Position numbers and translations under genes: made by a program. Of a stretch of DNA of 64,000 nt, positions 48,380-57,186 are shown piece by piece. The stretch is taken from positions 1 to 64,000 of IMG/VR virus record IMGVR_UViG_2857089846_000001; one strand, written 5' to 3'. This stretch comes from a virus (lineage: Duplodnaviria; Caudoviricetes). Position 1 is the stretch's first letter, and every line of letters begins with the position of its first letter. Under the pieces are notes generated by a model. That model ran no database searches, was not told where the DNA came from, and worked only from the letters and a program-made list of their open reading frames with translations.

Positions 48380-48417
48380 ATGCCCCGGTACGAGCAAGCC
48401 GTGGGCATCAACGCTCC
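48380..48417 (+). promoter_or_regulatory. ACGAGCAA hairpin + CAACGCTCC leader element
   Basis: ATGCCC-CGGT[ACGAGCAA]GCCG-t-GGGCAT then CAACGCTCC; the following leader nearly matches 24047-24081. Confidence 0.7.
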
Positions 48418-48440
48418 GCATCAACCAGAAAGGCACCGCC

Positions 48441-50210
48441 GTGGCCGGACGCGTCGCACCCGAGCGCCAACGAACCAGTCTCAAGCCGAACGGCCTCCCG
48501 TCATGGCCCATGCTTCTGCTTGCGGGGACGGAGAAGTCCGGCAAGTCCTATGAGGCCGCCGCGTTCTCGGGGAGCGACCTGATCGGCCGGACGTTCTGGA
48601 TCGAGATTGGCGAAGGCGAGGGACACCACTACGGTGCCGTGCCCGGGGCCCGCTACGAACTCGTGCCCCACGACGGCAGCCTCCGCGACATTCTCGACGC
48701 CGTCCGATGGGCTGTCTGGCAGCCGCGGGGCGAGGACGGCAAGCCGAACGCCATCGTGCTCGACTCGGTGAGCGTCCTGTGGGAACTCCTCGGTGACGAG
48801 CAAGCTGTGATCTCCCGCCGGCGGGCTGCGGAACGCGCCGCCCGGCAGAAGCAGCCGGCCCCGACCGATCCCACCGACTACACCATCACCACCGACCAGT
48901 GGAACGTGGCCAAGAAGCGCTGGGGACTGGTTATCGACGCCCTGCGCCACCACGACGGCCCCGTCATCCTCTGCGCCCGTATGGACGAGGTCACGCTGTT
49001 CGATGCCGCTGGCCAGCCGACCAAGGACCGCACATGGAAGATCCAGGCGGAGAAGAAGCTGCCCTTCGAGGTCACCGGGACGCTCCAGCTTCGCGGGTAC
49101 CGACGGGCATTCCTCACAGGGATGCGCAGCCTCACTCTGAACATCACCCCGGACAAGACGGTGCCCTACCCGGGATTCTCTCTCGACAAGCTGATGCGCG
49201 ACCTCGGGCTGCACGAGTTGGAGGCCGCGCCGCGTACGTACGTCGCGCCCCAACCGGAGGCGTACGTGGAGGAGCACGACTCGGAACTGGCCCGACTGGC
49301 GGATCGGAACAACCGCTCACGCGAAGCACGGCAGAACGCGGCTCAAGGACAGCTTCCGGACCCGGAGGCGGTCTCGCGCGCCATCCGGGCGGCGTTCGAG
49401 TCGCGCAGCGACAAGCGGCGGGAGCTGGTCAAGGTGCGTGCCCACTACGGCGCCAGTGTTCTGGCTCAGGTGGTGGTGAGCACGCCGTGGGGTGAGATGG
49501 ACGCCAACGCGGCGATCGACACGGCGCTCCTCAACATCGAGCCCGCCACGCCGGGCGAGCAGGCTGGCCGTCCCCAGCCCTCCGGCCCGGCCCCGGCTGC
49601 CCTGCCACTGGACGCGGACGAGATCGAGCGGCGGCTCGCCGAGGCGCTGTCAGCGCCCGACGCTGAGCAGCGTCTCCACACGATGCGCGAGGAGTACGGA
49701 GCCGCGCCGCTCGCGCAGACCGTCGTACAGACGGAGTGGGGAACGGTCGACGCGAACAGCGCGATCACCATGGCGCTCATGAGCGGGAACGAACGACAGT
49801 CGGCCGGTAGTGCACCCGCCCCGGCCCCCGAGCCCGCACCGCAGCAGAGCCCGCCCGTCGAGCCGCCCGCCCCGCCAGCTCCTCGAACCGCCCCGCGCCG
49901 CGCAAGCATGACCGCCGAGGAACGCGCGCGGGCCAACATGATCGCCGAGCTGGAGTTGCAGGCGCAGATGCTCGGGATGAACACCACGGAGTTCGTCGCC
50001 GACCTTCTCCCAGCGGGAGCCACCAGCGTCGAGGACATCAGGGGCGGCAGCCGCCTCCAGGACCACATCCGGGGCCACCGAGCCCAGGTTCTCGCGGCGT
50101 TCACCAAGCGGGGGATGGCGCAGGCGGCGGCCGAGTACGCGAAGTTCGGCGACCGTGTTCCGGCGAGGAACATCAACCAGTTCATCACTGGCGTGCTTCA
50201 GGGGAAGTGA
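48441..50210 (+). CDS. AAA_24/Sak4-like ATPase (phage recombination) with repeated C-terminal domain
   Basis: GTEKSGKS, IVLDS; duplicated LAQ.VV.T.WG..DAN.AI..AL. Confidence 0.7.
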   Translation: MAGRVAPERQRTSLKPNGLPSWPMLLLAGTEKSGKSYEAAAFSGSDLIGRTFWIEIGEGEGHHYGAVPGARYELVPHDGSLRDILDAVRWAVWQPRGEDGKPNAIVLDSVSVLWELLGDEQAVISRRRAAERAARQKQPAPTDPTDYTITTDQWNVAKKRWGLVIDALRHHDGPVILCARMDEVTLFDAAGQPTKDRTWKIQAEKKLPFEVTGTLQLRGYRRAFLTGMRSLTLNITPDKTVPYPGFSLDKLMRDLGLHELEAAPRTYVAPQPEAYVEEHDSELARLADRNNRSREARQNAAQGQLPDPEAVSRAIRAAFESRSDKRRELVKVRAHYGASVLAQVVVSTPWGEMDANAAIDTALLNIEPATPGEQAGRPQPSGPAPAALPLDADEIERRLAEALSAPDAEQRLHTMREEYGAAPLAQTVVQTEWGTVDANSAITMALMSGNERQSAGSAPAPAPEPAPQQSPPVEPPAPPAPRTAPRRASMTAEERARANMIAELELQAQMLGMNTTEFVADLLPAGATSVEDIRGGSRLQDHIRGHRAQVLAAFTKRGMAQAAAEYAKFGDRVPARNINQFITGVLQGK

Positions 50211-50348
50211 TGGCGTGACGTGCCGATCTCCGGGGCACTGCGACGTGCTCCGGAGATCAGCCAGGGTGGCCCGCTCGTTGCGTCACGTCACGTCACGTCC
50301 TCTCCATCGGCCTCCGCGCCTGGCGGGTGCACCGATCCGAACGGGCGG

Positions 50349-50919
50349 GGTACGGGGTACGGCCCTGGGGCGGGGTACGGGGTACGGCTCGGCGAGCGGT
50401 ACGGCTCGGCGAGGGGTACGGGGTACGCCGGGCGCCTCTCGGGGGTACGGGTACGGCTCGGGTACGGGTACGGGCGGCGCGGAGGTACGGGTACGGCTGA
50501 AGGGGTACGCCCCCTTCAGCCCTCCGCGCGCGAATGCGGCGCAAGGTGTTCCCCCGGGGAACAGCGCCACCCCTGCAGAACGAGGGTGCGGCTCCCGTCA
50601 CACCCCGACCACCCACGGTACGGGCCGGGTGCACCCCATCTGACCTGCGTATATGACCGTACCTTGTGGGAGGCTCTCCGTACCCGTACCCGTACCTGAA
50701 GGTGGCGGCGTACCCGTACCCGAACGCCGTACCCGTACCTCGGCTTACCCGTACCGCGTACCTGCGTACCCCTGCGCCCGGCGGCCGTACCCCGTCCCCG
50801 GCGGAGACCCCGGGGGACGGGGAAGGAACGCCGTACCCCCGTACCCAGAGGCGCGGGGGTACGGGGTACGGGGGTACGGGGTACGCGCATGGAACGAGGG
50901 CGCACCCGCATGGGGTACG
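50349..50919. repeat. GGTACG/CGTACC hexamer repeat field
   Basis: About 34 copies by manual count in three oriented blocks; contains palindrome copy 3 at 50547-50563. Confidence 0.9.
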
Positions 50920-50941
50920 CCCTCGAAGCGAACGACTCGAC

Positions 50942-51499
50942 CTACTGGCCAGCCGCGTCGCGCTGCCTCTTGCGTTCGGCCGTTCGCTCCGCGGCCCGCG
51001 CCCGGTCGGCCTCTTCCTCCGCGCGCACCAGCTCCAGGAACCGCTCGGGGTACTCGTCGGCGAGACGGCGACGCGCTCGAGAACGGGGACTGGGCTCCGG
51101 CATCAGGTGGCCCCGGCGCGCCACCATTCCCGCCTGCACCCGGAACAGGATCTCCGCTTCGTGTTCCGCCCTGGCCCGGACCTGAGCCAGGCGGCGGCGA
51201 TGTGCGTTGTTGGACTCACCGGGAACGGCGGGCAGGTACTTCTCCGGCTCCCGCACGATGTCCGGAATCAGGCGCCGGGCCTTGCGGACGAGCTCGGGCG
51301 AGCGGATCGCGTACGCCACGACCTGGTCGCGGTCGTCGTTGTCCGTTGCGATGAAGGCAGCAAGCTCCGCGGCGAACTCTCGGTTGGTCAGAGCGCTGAG
51401 GGCCTTGATCTGCTCGGTGACTGCAACCAGGTCAGGTTCTGTCCATCGACTCTGGCGGGAGCCCCGGCCGTCAGGCGCGTCTTGCTGCGGTGCCGCCAT
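50942..51499 (-). CDS. Hypothetical Arg-rich protein
   Basis: RBS aggagg. Confidence 0.7.
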   Translation of the reverse strand: MAAPQQDAPDGRGSRQSRWTEPDLVAVTEQIKALSALTNREFAAELAAFIATDNDDRDQVVAYAIRSPELVRKARRLIPDIVREPEKYLPAVPGESNNAHRRRLAQVRARAEHEAEILFRVQAGMVARRGHLMPEPSPRSRARRRLADEYPERFLELVRAEEEADRARAAERTAERKRQRDAAGQ

Positions 51500-51806
51500 C
51501 CCGGCTGGCCCTCCTGGGATCGATCATGGTCGGCCGAAGCCGACAGCGGTATAGGGGAAGGTGGCCGCCCTGCGCCCGATCTCCCCGCGAGCCGGATCAT
51601 CCCGGATAGCGGCCAGTACCCGACCCTGGGCCCCCGGAGGGGCGCAGTTTGCTTGGCGCTTCCCTGCGGTCAACGCTCCGGGCCCAACCAGTAGGACAGC
51701 CCCGAAAGCCGCAAGGTCGCTTCCTGCGACGGCGAGATCGGCGGCACGGCGGCCACCTTATGCGGATGATACCCGCGTGACCCGGCAGGGCCTGTATCCA
51801 GCAGCT

Positions 51807-52133
51807 CTATCCGGCCGCTGAGCCGGCTTTCGGACTGGTGGCGGACTCGATGGCCGGGGCGATTCTGGTGGGCTTCCAGATCAGGTCATAGGTGCTCTGG
51901 GACGCGGCGAGGACGGTGGCGATGGTTCCGAGGGTCGGGAGTCCGTGCTGGAACTGATCCAGCCCGCCCACGGAGGCGACCGTGACAACGCCGGCGGCCA
52001 GCGCCATGGCGACCGCGACGATCTGCTTCGCCCGCACGGACCACTGAGGCCGCTGCACGATGGCGGTGAGGAGCGGCAGGAGCGTGCCGACGGCGGAGCC
52101 TGCGGCGACGGAGTTGAGCGTGAGCGAGGACAT
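51807..52133 (-). CDS. Holin
   Basis: 108 aa, 2-3 TM helices, follows the tail module; late promoter at 52170-52200. Confidence 0.7.
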   Translation of the reverse strand: MSSLTLNSVAAGSAVGTLLPLLTAIVQRPQWSVRAKQIVAVAMALAAGVVTVASVGGLDQFQHGLPTLGTIATVLAASQSTYDLIWKPTRIAPAIESATSPKAGSAAG

Positions 52134-52220
52134 AGGACGTCTCCCGTCTGTCGGTGATGAGTAGGCGGGACTGTGCTGCCCGGCCGCCGCTTGCGTCCCG
52201 GGCGGCGACGGCGGCCGGGG

Positions 52221-52724
52221 TCACCGGTCGAGGCTGGCGATGTCGGCCGCGATCTCCTCGGGCGGCTCCGGCGCGGAGCGGCCGAGGGCCTTCACCACCA
52301 GGCCGCGAAGGTCGCGGATGTAGTCCAGCGCGGCAGCCTTCCAGCGGCGATCCTTGCGCTGCTCTTCCTGGAGCTCGCGGACTTCGCGGGTGAGCTCCAG
52401 CTGCCCGGCCTCCAGCATCGCCACCCGTTGGACGGTCTGGGCATGCATGGTGCGTTCCTGGTCCAGGAGGACGCGCTGCTGATCGAGCATCCCGCGCTGC
52501 TGGTCGAGGAGCGAGGAGAACCCCGCCGTGACCGTCTTCATCGCCTCGACGTACGTCTGGCCCTCTGCGGCTTCGGCGGCGGCCTTGGCCTGTACGGCGG
52601 CCACATTCTCGTCGGCGTCGCCCCTCCGCTTGACCTGCCGGTAGCTGAAGAAGGCGCCAACGATGACGCCGAGCGAGCCGAAAATGGGGGCAACGATGGG
52701 CGCCGCGGAAGTGAGCCAGTCCAT
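52221..52724 (-). CDS. Membrane coiled-coil protein (lysis-cassette associated)
   Basis: N-terminal TM, coiled coil, YIRDLR..PEPPEE. Confidence 0.7.
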   Translation of the reverse strand: MDWLTSAAPIVAPIFGSLGVIVGAFFSYRQVKRRGDADENVAAVQAKAAAEAAEGQTYVEAMKTVTAGFSSLLDQQRGMLDQQRVLLDQERTMHAQTVQRVAMLEAGQLELTREVRELQEEQRKDRRWKAAALDYIRDLRGLVVKALGRSAPEPPEEIAADIASLDR

Positions 52725-52851
52725 GGCGCCTCCTCGTGGATGGATCGGTCAGTGAGGGTGCGCGGGAGCCGCGGGCGCTGACTGGCACCCGCGGCTCCCC
52801 GCAGGCCGAACGGTGCAGGGCCGCCGGCCTAACGTCGCGGCCTCGTCTCTA

Positions 52852-53223
52852 TCAGGGCTCCGACGAGTACGGCGGGGCGCCGTTGTATCCGGCGAGGACG
52901 TTCCACGCCGCGCTCACCGCGGTGACGATCTGCTCGTCGGTGAGCGCGGCCTGGGCGCTGTCCGGGTCGCCTTCGATCGCGCCGGCCGCGGCCGCGGTGG
53001 AGATAGTCGGGTCGGCGGCGATGACGGAGGCGTTGCCGGGGCTGGTGAAGTCGCCGGGGGTGAGCACCGTGCGGGCGAAGCCGACGCGGAGCGGGTTGCC
53101 GGGGGTGGCGGGGTCCTCGTTCAGGACGTCGCGGGCGACCCGGATGAGGGCCATGCGGACGCGGGAGCCGAACTTGGGGTTGCAGAGAAGGTCGTGCTCG
53201 GCGAGCAGGGTGGAGAGGGGCAC
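52852..53223 (-). CDS. Hypothetical tail-associated protein
   Basis: RBS aggagg, directly after the tail fibre gene. Confidence 0.65.
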   Translation of the reverse strand: MPLSTLLAEHDLLCNPKFGSRVRMALIRVARDVLNEDPATPGNPLRVGFARTVLTPGDFTSPGNASVIAADPTISTAAAAGAIEGDPDSAQAALTDEQIVTAVSAAWNVLAGYNGAPPYSSEP

Positions 53224-53236
53224 CGGGTTCCTCCTG

Positions 53237-56200
53237 TTACTTGGTGTAGGTGACGCGGAGCAGTGGGGGGTAGGTCTCCCCGACGCCGCGGGCGGAGCCG
53301 TAGTACGTCGAGGAAGTCGAGTTGGGGTCCAGGGCGATGCCGCGCCACGTCGTGGAGTCGAACACGCTGGTGATATTGACCCATTTGCCCTCATTGCGTT
53401 TCCAGGCGACGGACATGGACTCGGCGTCGGAGGAGAACGTCGACGGGCGGGATGCGTGCTTGTGGGCCTTGATGACGGCCGTGCCGCCGGCGTTGGCGTA
53501 CCAGTGGTCGAAGTAGAGGTAGACCTCCGCCTTGTTGATCACGGCCCCGGACAGGTCGGTCGCCAGCTGGGGGTGGAAGCCGACGAGGGACGCCTGCACG
53601 CCGTTGGTCGACGACACGTAGCCGCACATCATCTGGTTGCCGTAGTAGCTGTTGTAGGACCCGCGGTTGGCGTACGAGCCGGACCAGGACGCGGCGTAGG
53701 TCTTGGTGACCGTCGTCTTCGGCGGGGTGGACGAGCCGCCGCCGGTGTTGAACACGCCGGTGTCCGGGACGGCCGGGCCGGTGTCCTCGATGTAGAACAG
53801 GCCGGGCCACCCCGTACTGCCCTTGAGGGCCACGTTCTGCCCTGCGGGGCCGCCGCTGCAGCGGAAGGTCGACAGCAGGCGGTGGAGCCCGGCACCGAAC
53901 TGGGCGCCGGACTTGATCAGCTCCATGCGGACTCGGCGGAGACCGTCCGTCGTCATCGGGTAGATGCCGGACTGGATCTGCGGGGAGCCGATGCTGGGGG
54001 CGGACGCACCGCCGTCCTTGAACACCAGCACCAGCTCGCCGCCGGCCACGGACGGGTCGGCGTAGACGTCCAGGACGACGCGGTACATGCGGCTCGCGTC
54101 GGCCTCGAAGGCGAGCTCGACGTATCCGAAGTCGGTCGTGCCCGCGGTGACCGTCCCGGACTGCTGGCTCTGGGCGATGATCCCGCGGGCGCCGTTGGCG
54201 AGGAGGCCGTCGATGGGGTCGCCGCCCACGGTGAAGCTGCCGGCGACGGCCAGGTCGCCGAAACCCGCGTTGCCGTGCTGGTCGATCGTGGCCACGGGGA
54301 GGCCGTCGGTGGACATGGTGAGGTAGTTGGGGCGGCCGGTCACCAGGGCCACGGCCTCCTGGCCGTCGCCGTCGAACAGCGTCAGCCCCATCGGGGACAG
54401 CTCCGCGCGGCCGCCGGCGATTCCGGAGGCGAGGACGGGCCGTGCTTCGACGTTGTCGTACGCCACGGTGCCGGCGGTGGAGTCCACGGTGGACAGGGCG
54501 ACGCGGACGCGGACGGTGTTCGGCGGGGCGGCCTCGGTGGGGACGCCGGCGACGCGCTGCCAGGAGCCGAGGACCACGTTCCCCGCTCCGGGGGTCACGG
54601 TGCTGAAGCCGAGGGTGTTTCCCGCCGCGTCCTCCCAGCGGGCGTAGATGCTGACCCGCACCCCCAGCCAGTCGGTGGACGCGAGGTAGTCCATGGCCAG
54701 GAACATCTTCTGCCCGGGGGTGGCGGGTGCGAGGGCGAGGGTGTGGGTGCGGGTGACGGCGGCCGCGGCCGTGGCGTTCACCTGAACCCCGCGGGGGGTG
54801 CCGTTGCCGGTGGCCAGGCTCCAATGCGTCTGTCCGACCAGGCGCTGGTCGGTGACGGCGCCCTCGAACGACGGGTCGGCGATGAGGTTGCCGTCGCTGC
54901 CGAGTGACAGCTTGTCCGCGCTGATCGACCCGGCCTTGATGTGGACGGCGTCGATCGCCCCCGCTTCGATCTTGGAGGCGGTGACGGAGTTGACGGCCAG
55001 CTTGTCCGCGGTCACCGAGAGGGCGGCGAGCTTGTCCGTGGTGATCGCGAGAGAGGCGATCTTCTCCGCGGTCACGGCCAGGGCGAGGAGCTTGTCGGTG
55101 GTGATGGCCCCGGCGAGGATCTTCGGGGCGGTGATCGCGCCGTCCGCGATCTGCACCCCCGGGACGACCGGGCGCAGCGCGGCGTTGTCGAACCAGGCGT
55201 CGCCCGCGGTGGTGTTGGCGTTCTGCAGGCGGATGCTCGCCCGGGTCGTCCCGGCCGGGGCGGTGACGGTGGCCGCGAACCGGGTCCACGCCTCCCGGAT
55301 CGGGCTGGTGCCGGTGCCGGCGACGCCGTAGCCGAGGATGTTCCCGGCCGCGTCCTCCCAGCGGGCGTAGAGGTTGGCCGAGTTCCCCGCCCAGTCGGCC
55401 GAGAGGTAGTAGTCGCATGCCAGGTAGAGCTGGTCGCCTTCCAGGGCGGGGATCAGGGTGAGCGGGACGTCCCGGTAGACGGGGGTGGCCGAGCGGCCAT
55501 CGATCTTCACGGAGGATGCGGAGCCGTTCCCGCGGGTCTTGTCCTGGGTGGCGTAGGACAGGCCGGAGACGAGGGTCGCGGTCAGGGCGCCCTCGAACGA
55601 GGGGTCGGGGAGGATGTTGGAGCCGCCGGTGACGGTCAGCTTGTCGGTGGTCACCGCGCCCGCGGCGATCTCCGCGGCGGTGACCGAGTTGGCCTGGAGC
55701 TCCCGGGCGCCGATCGTGTCCGCTGCGACCTTCCCCGCGATCACGGCATCCGTGGCGATGGCCCCGGCGGTGACCGAGCCGGTGACCAGGTTGGTCGAGT
55801 TGACGACACCGGTGCGCAGGGCCTCGATCGTGAAGACGTCGACCTCCATGACCGACGCCGTCGACTTGCCGAAGTTCAACCAGAGCACGGGCCGCAGGAA
55901 GCGCACGTTGGCGTGCGTGGTGCCGGGAAGGCGCGGGTCGGTCTGCGGGCCGGCGGGAGCGGTGGCGCCCTGCGCGGCGCGGCCCTGGAGGTAGCCGACG
56001 TACGTCTTCCAGCCGTCGGCGACGGTGAGGGTGCCGCCGTTGGTGCCGCAGTAGTAGTGCATCGAGTTCGACGCGAGGCCCGAGCGGTTGACCAGCGTGA
56101 TGCCGTCGTCGGCGACGCCGACCGCGCCGACGTACAGGGTGGCCGGGCCGCTGGGGTCCTGCGCGGTGGCCCGGACCCGGGCCATGACCCGGTACAGGGT

Positions 56201-57130
56201 GTCGGTGTCCTGCGCGGCGAGCGCCTTCCCGGCGAGCTGCACGTCCCCGGTGGCGGTGAGCAGCCCGCCGCCGGACGGGGTGCCGGTGGCCGCGGGGTCG
56301 ATGACCCACGTGCCGCCGCCGGACGCGGCGAGCTGCTGCCAGCTCGCCGGGTCGCGGAAAATGTCGACGTACCGCTGGGTCGCGGAGTCGCCCAGCGGGC
56401 CGCCGAGGGCGTTGAGGGTGACCGCCCCTTGGGCGAGCGCGGCCTGGGTGACGCTGTTCTTGGCGAGCTTGTCGGCGAGGACCGCGCCGTCGGCCAGGGC
56501 CGCGGAGTTCACCGCGGCAAGGGCGATCTTCGCGGCGGTCACGGCGCTCGCGGCGAGCTTGGTCTCGGTGACGATGCCGTCGACCAGGTCCTGCTCGACA
56601 GCCTGCCGCGGGGTGCCTTCCGTCGCGGCCGAGGGCGGGCCGGTGATGGCGGCGGTGTTCGCGCCGACCAGGCGGACGTACACCGTGGCGTAGCCCTCGA
56701 TGGCGACGGTGACGGTGCCGCCGAGCGGGGCGGTGATCGTGGCGACGAGGGTGGACACGTCGGGCGTGAAGTCGGCGGCCGGCCCGACGTGGACCTGGAT
56801 CAGGGAGAAGTCGGTGGGGGTGGTGTACGAGTCGTCCCACAGTCCGTCCCAGCCGATGAGGAGTCCGGCGAGAACAGGCTCGACCGTGGGCGCGGTCGGC
56901 GTGGGCGGTGCGGGGGTGTTGACGGGGACCAGGGCGACACCGCCGTCGGGCTGGACACCCACGGAGCCCTTGAGCTGCCCCTCGGCGTCGTAAATGTCCA
57001 TCGCGCCGCCCTCGATGGACGTGTACGGCGCCTGCGTCTCGCGCTCCAGCGCCTGCAGGCGCCGGTCGTAGTCGTGCAGGAGCTGCGCGATTCTCCGGGC
57101 TTCGCGCTGGTCGTCGAGGAATGTCGCCAT
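53237..57130 (-). CDS. Large minor tail/receptor-binding protein with two CBM-like domains
   Basis: (A/S)VTAxKL repeats; two NxxxDPSFEG..WEDAAGN..DN domains; leaderless ATG at 57130. Confidence 0.85.
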   Translation of the reverse strand: MATFLDDQREARRIAQLLHDYDRRLQALERETQAPYTSIEGGAMDIYDAEGQLKGSVGVQPDGGVALVPVNTPAPPTPTAPTVEPVLAGLLIGWDGLWDDSYTTPTDFSLIQVHVGPAADFTPDVSTLVATITAPLGGTVTVAIEGYATVYVRLVGANTAAITGPPSAATEGTPRQAVEQDLVDGIVTETKLAASAVTAAKIALAAVNSAALADGAVLADKLAKNSVTQAALAQGAVTLNALGGPLGDSATQRYVDIFRDPASWQQLAASGGGTWVIDPAATGTPSGGGLLTATGDVQLAGKALAAQDTDTLYRVMARVRATAQDPSGPATLYVGAVGVADDGITLVNRSGLASNSMHYYCGTNGGTLTVADGWKTYVGYLQGRAAQGATAPAGPQTDPRLPGTTHANVRFLRPVLWLNFGKSTASVMEVDVFTIEALRTGVVNSTNLVTGSVTAGAIATDAVIAGKVAADTIGARELQANSVTAAEIAAGAVTTDKLTVTGGSNILPDPSFEGALTATLVSGLSYATQDKTRGNGSASSVKIDGRSATPVYRDVPLTLIPALEGDQLYLACDYYLSADWAGNSANLYARWEDAAGNILGYGVAGTGTSPIREAWTRFAATVTAPAGTTRASIRLQNANTTAGDAWFDNAALRPVVPGVQIADGAITAPKILAGAITTDKLLALAVTAEKIASLAITTDKLAALSVTADKLAVNSVTASKIEAGAIDAVHIKAGSISADKLSLGSDGNLIADPSFEGAVTDQRLVGQTHWSLATGNGTPRGVQVNATAAAAVTRTHTLALAPATPGQKMFLAMDYLASTDWLGVRVSIYARWEDAAGNTLGFSTVTPGAGNVVLGSWQRVAGVPTEAAPPNTVRVRVALSTVDSTAGTVAYDNVEARPVLASGIAGGRAELSPMGLTLFDGDGQEAVALVTGRPNYLTMSTDGLPVATIDQHGNAGFGDLAVAGSFTVGGDPIDGLLANGARGIIAQSQQSGTVTAGTTDFGYVELAFEADASRMYRVVLDVYADPSVAGGELVLVFKDGGASAPSIGSPQIQSGIYPMTTDGLRRVRMELIKSGAQFGAGLHRLLSTFRCSGGPAGQNVALKGSTGWPGLFYIEDTGPAVPDTGVFNTGGGSSTPPKTTVTKTYAASWSGSYANRGSYNSYYGNQMMCGYVSSTNGVQASLVGFHPQLATDLSGAVINKAEVYLYFDHWYANAGGTAVIKAHKHASRPSTFSSDAESMSVAWKRNEGKWVNITSVFDSTTWRGIALDPNSTSSTYYGSARGVGETYPPLLRVTYTK

Positions 57131-57186
57131 GGCCGCGGATGCTGCGGCCCGCGGCCCCTTAACGTCGCGCCCTGCCCGGCGGCCGG

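Noticed and set aside
50155-51694. Several ORFs across the GGTACG repeat field
   Set aside because: Low-complexity translations in all frames without RBS; treated as non-coding.
53237-57130. Possible diversity-generating retroelement or invertible tail-fibre system
   Set aside because: No reverse transcriptase, template repeat or invertase seen; the internal similarity is a duplicated CBM-like domain.
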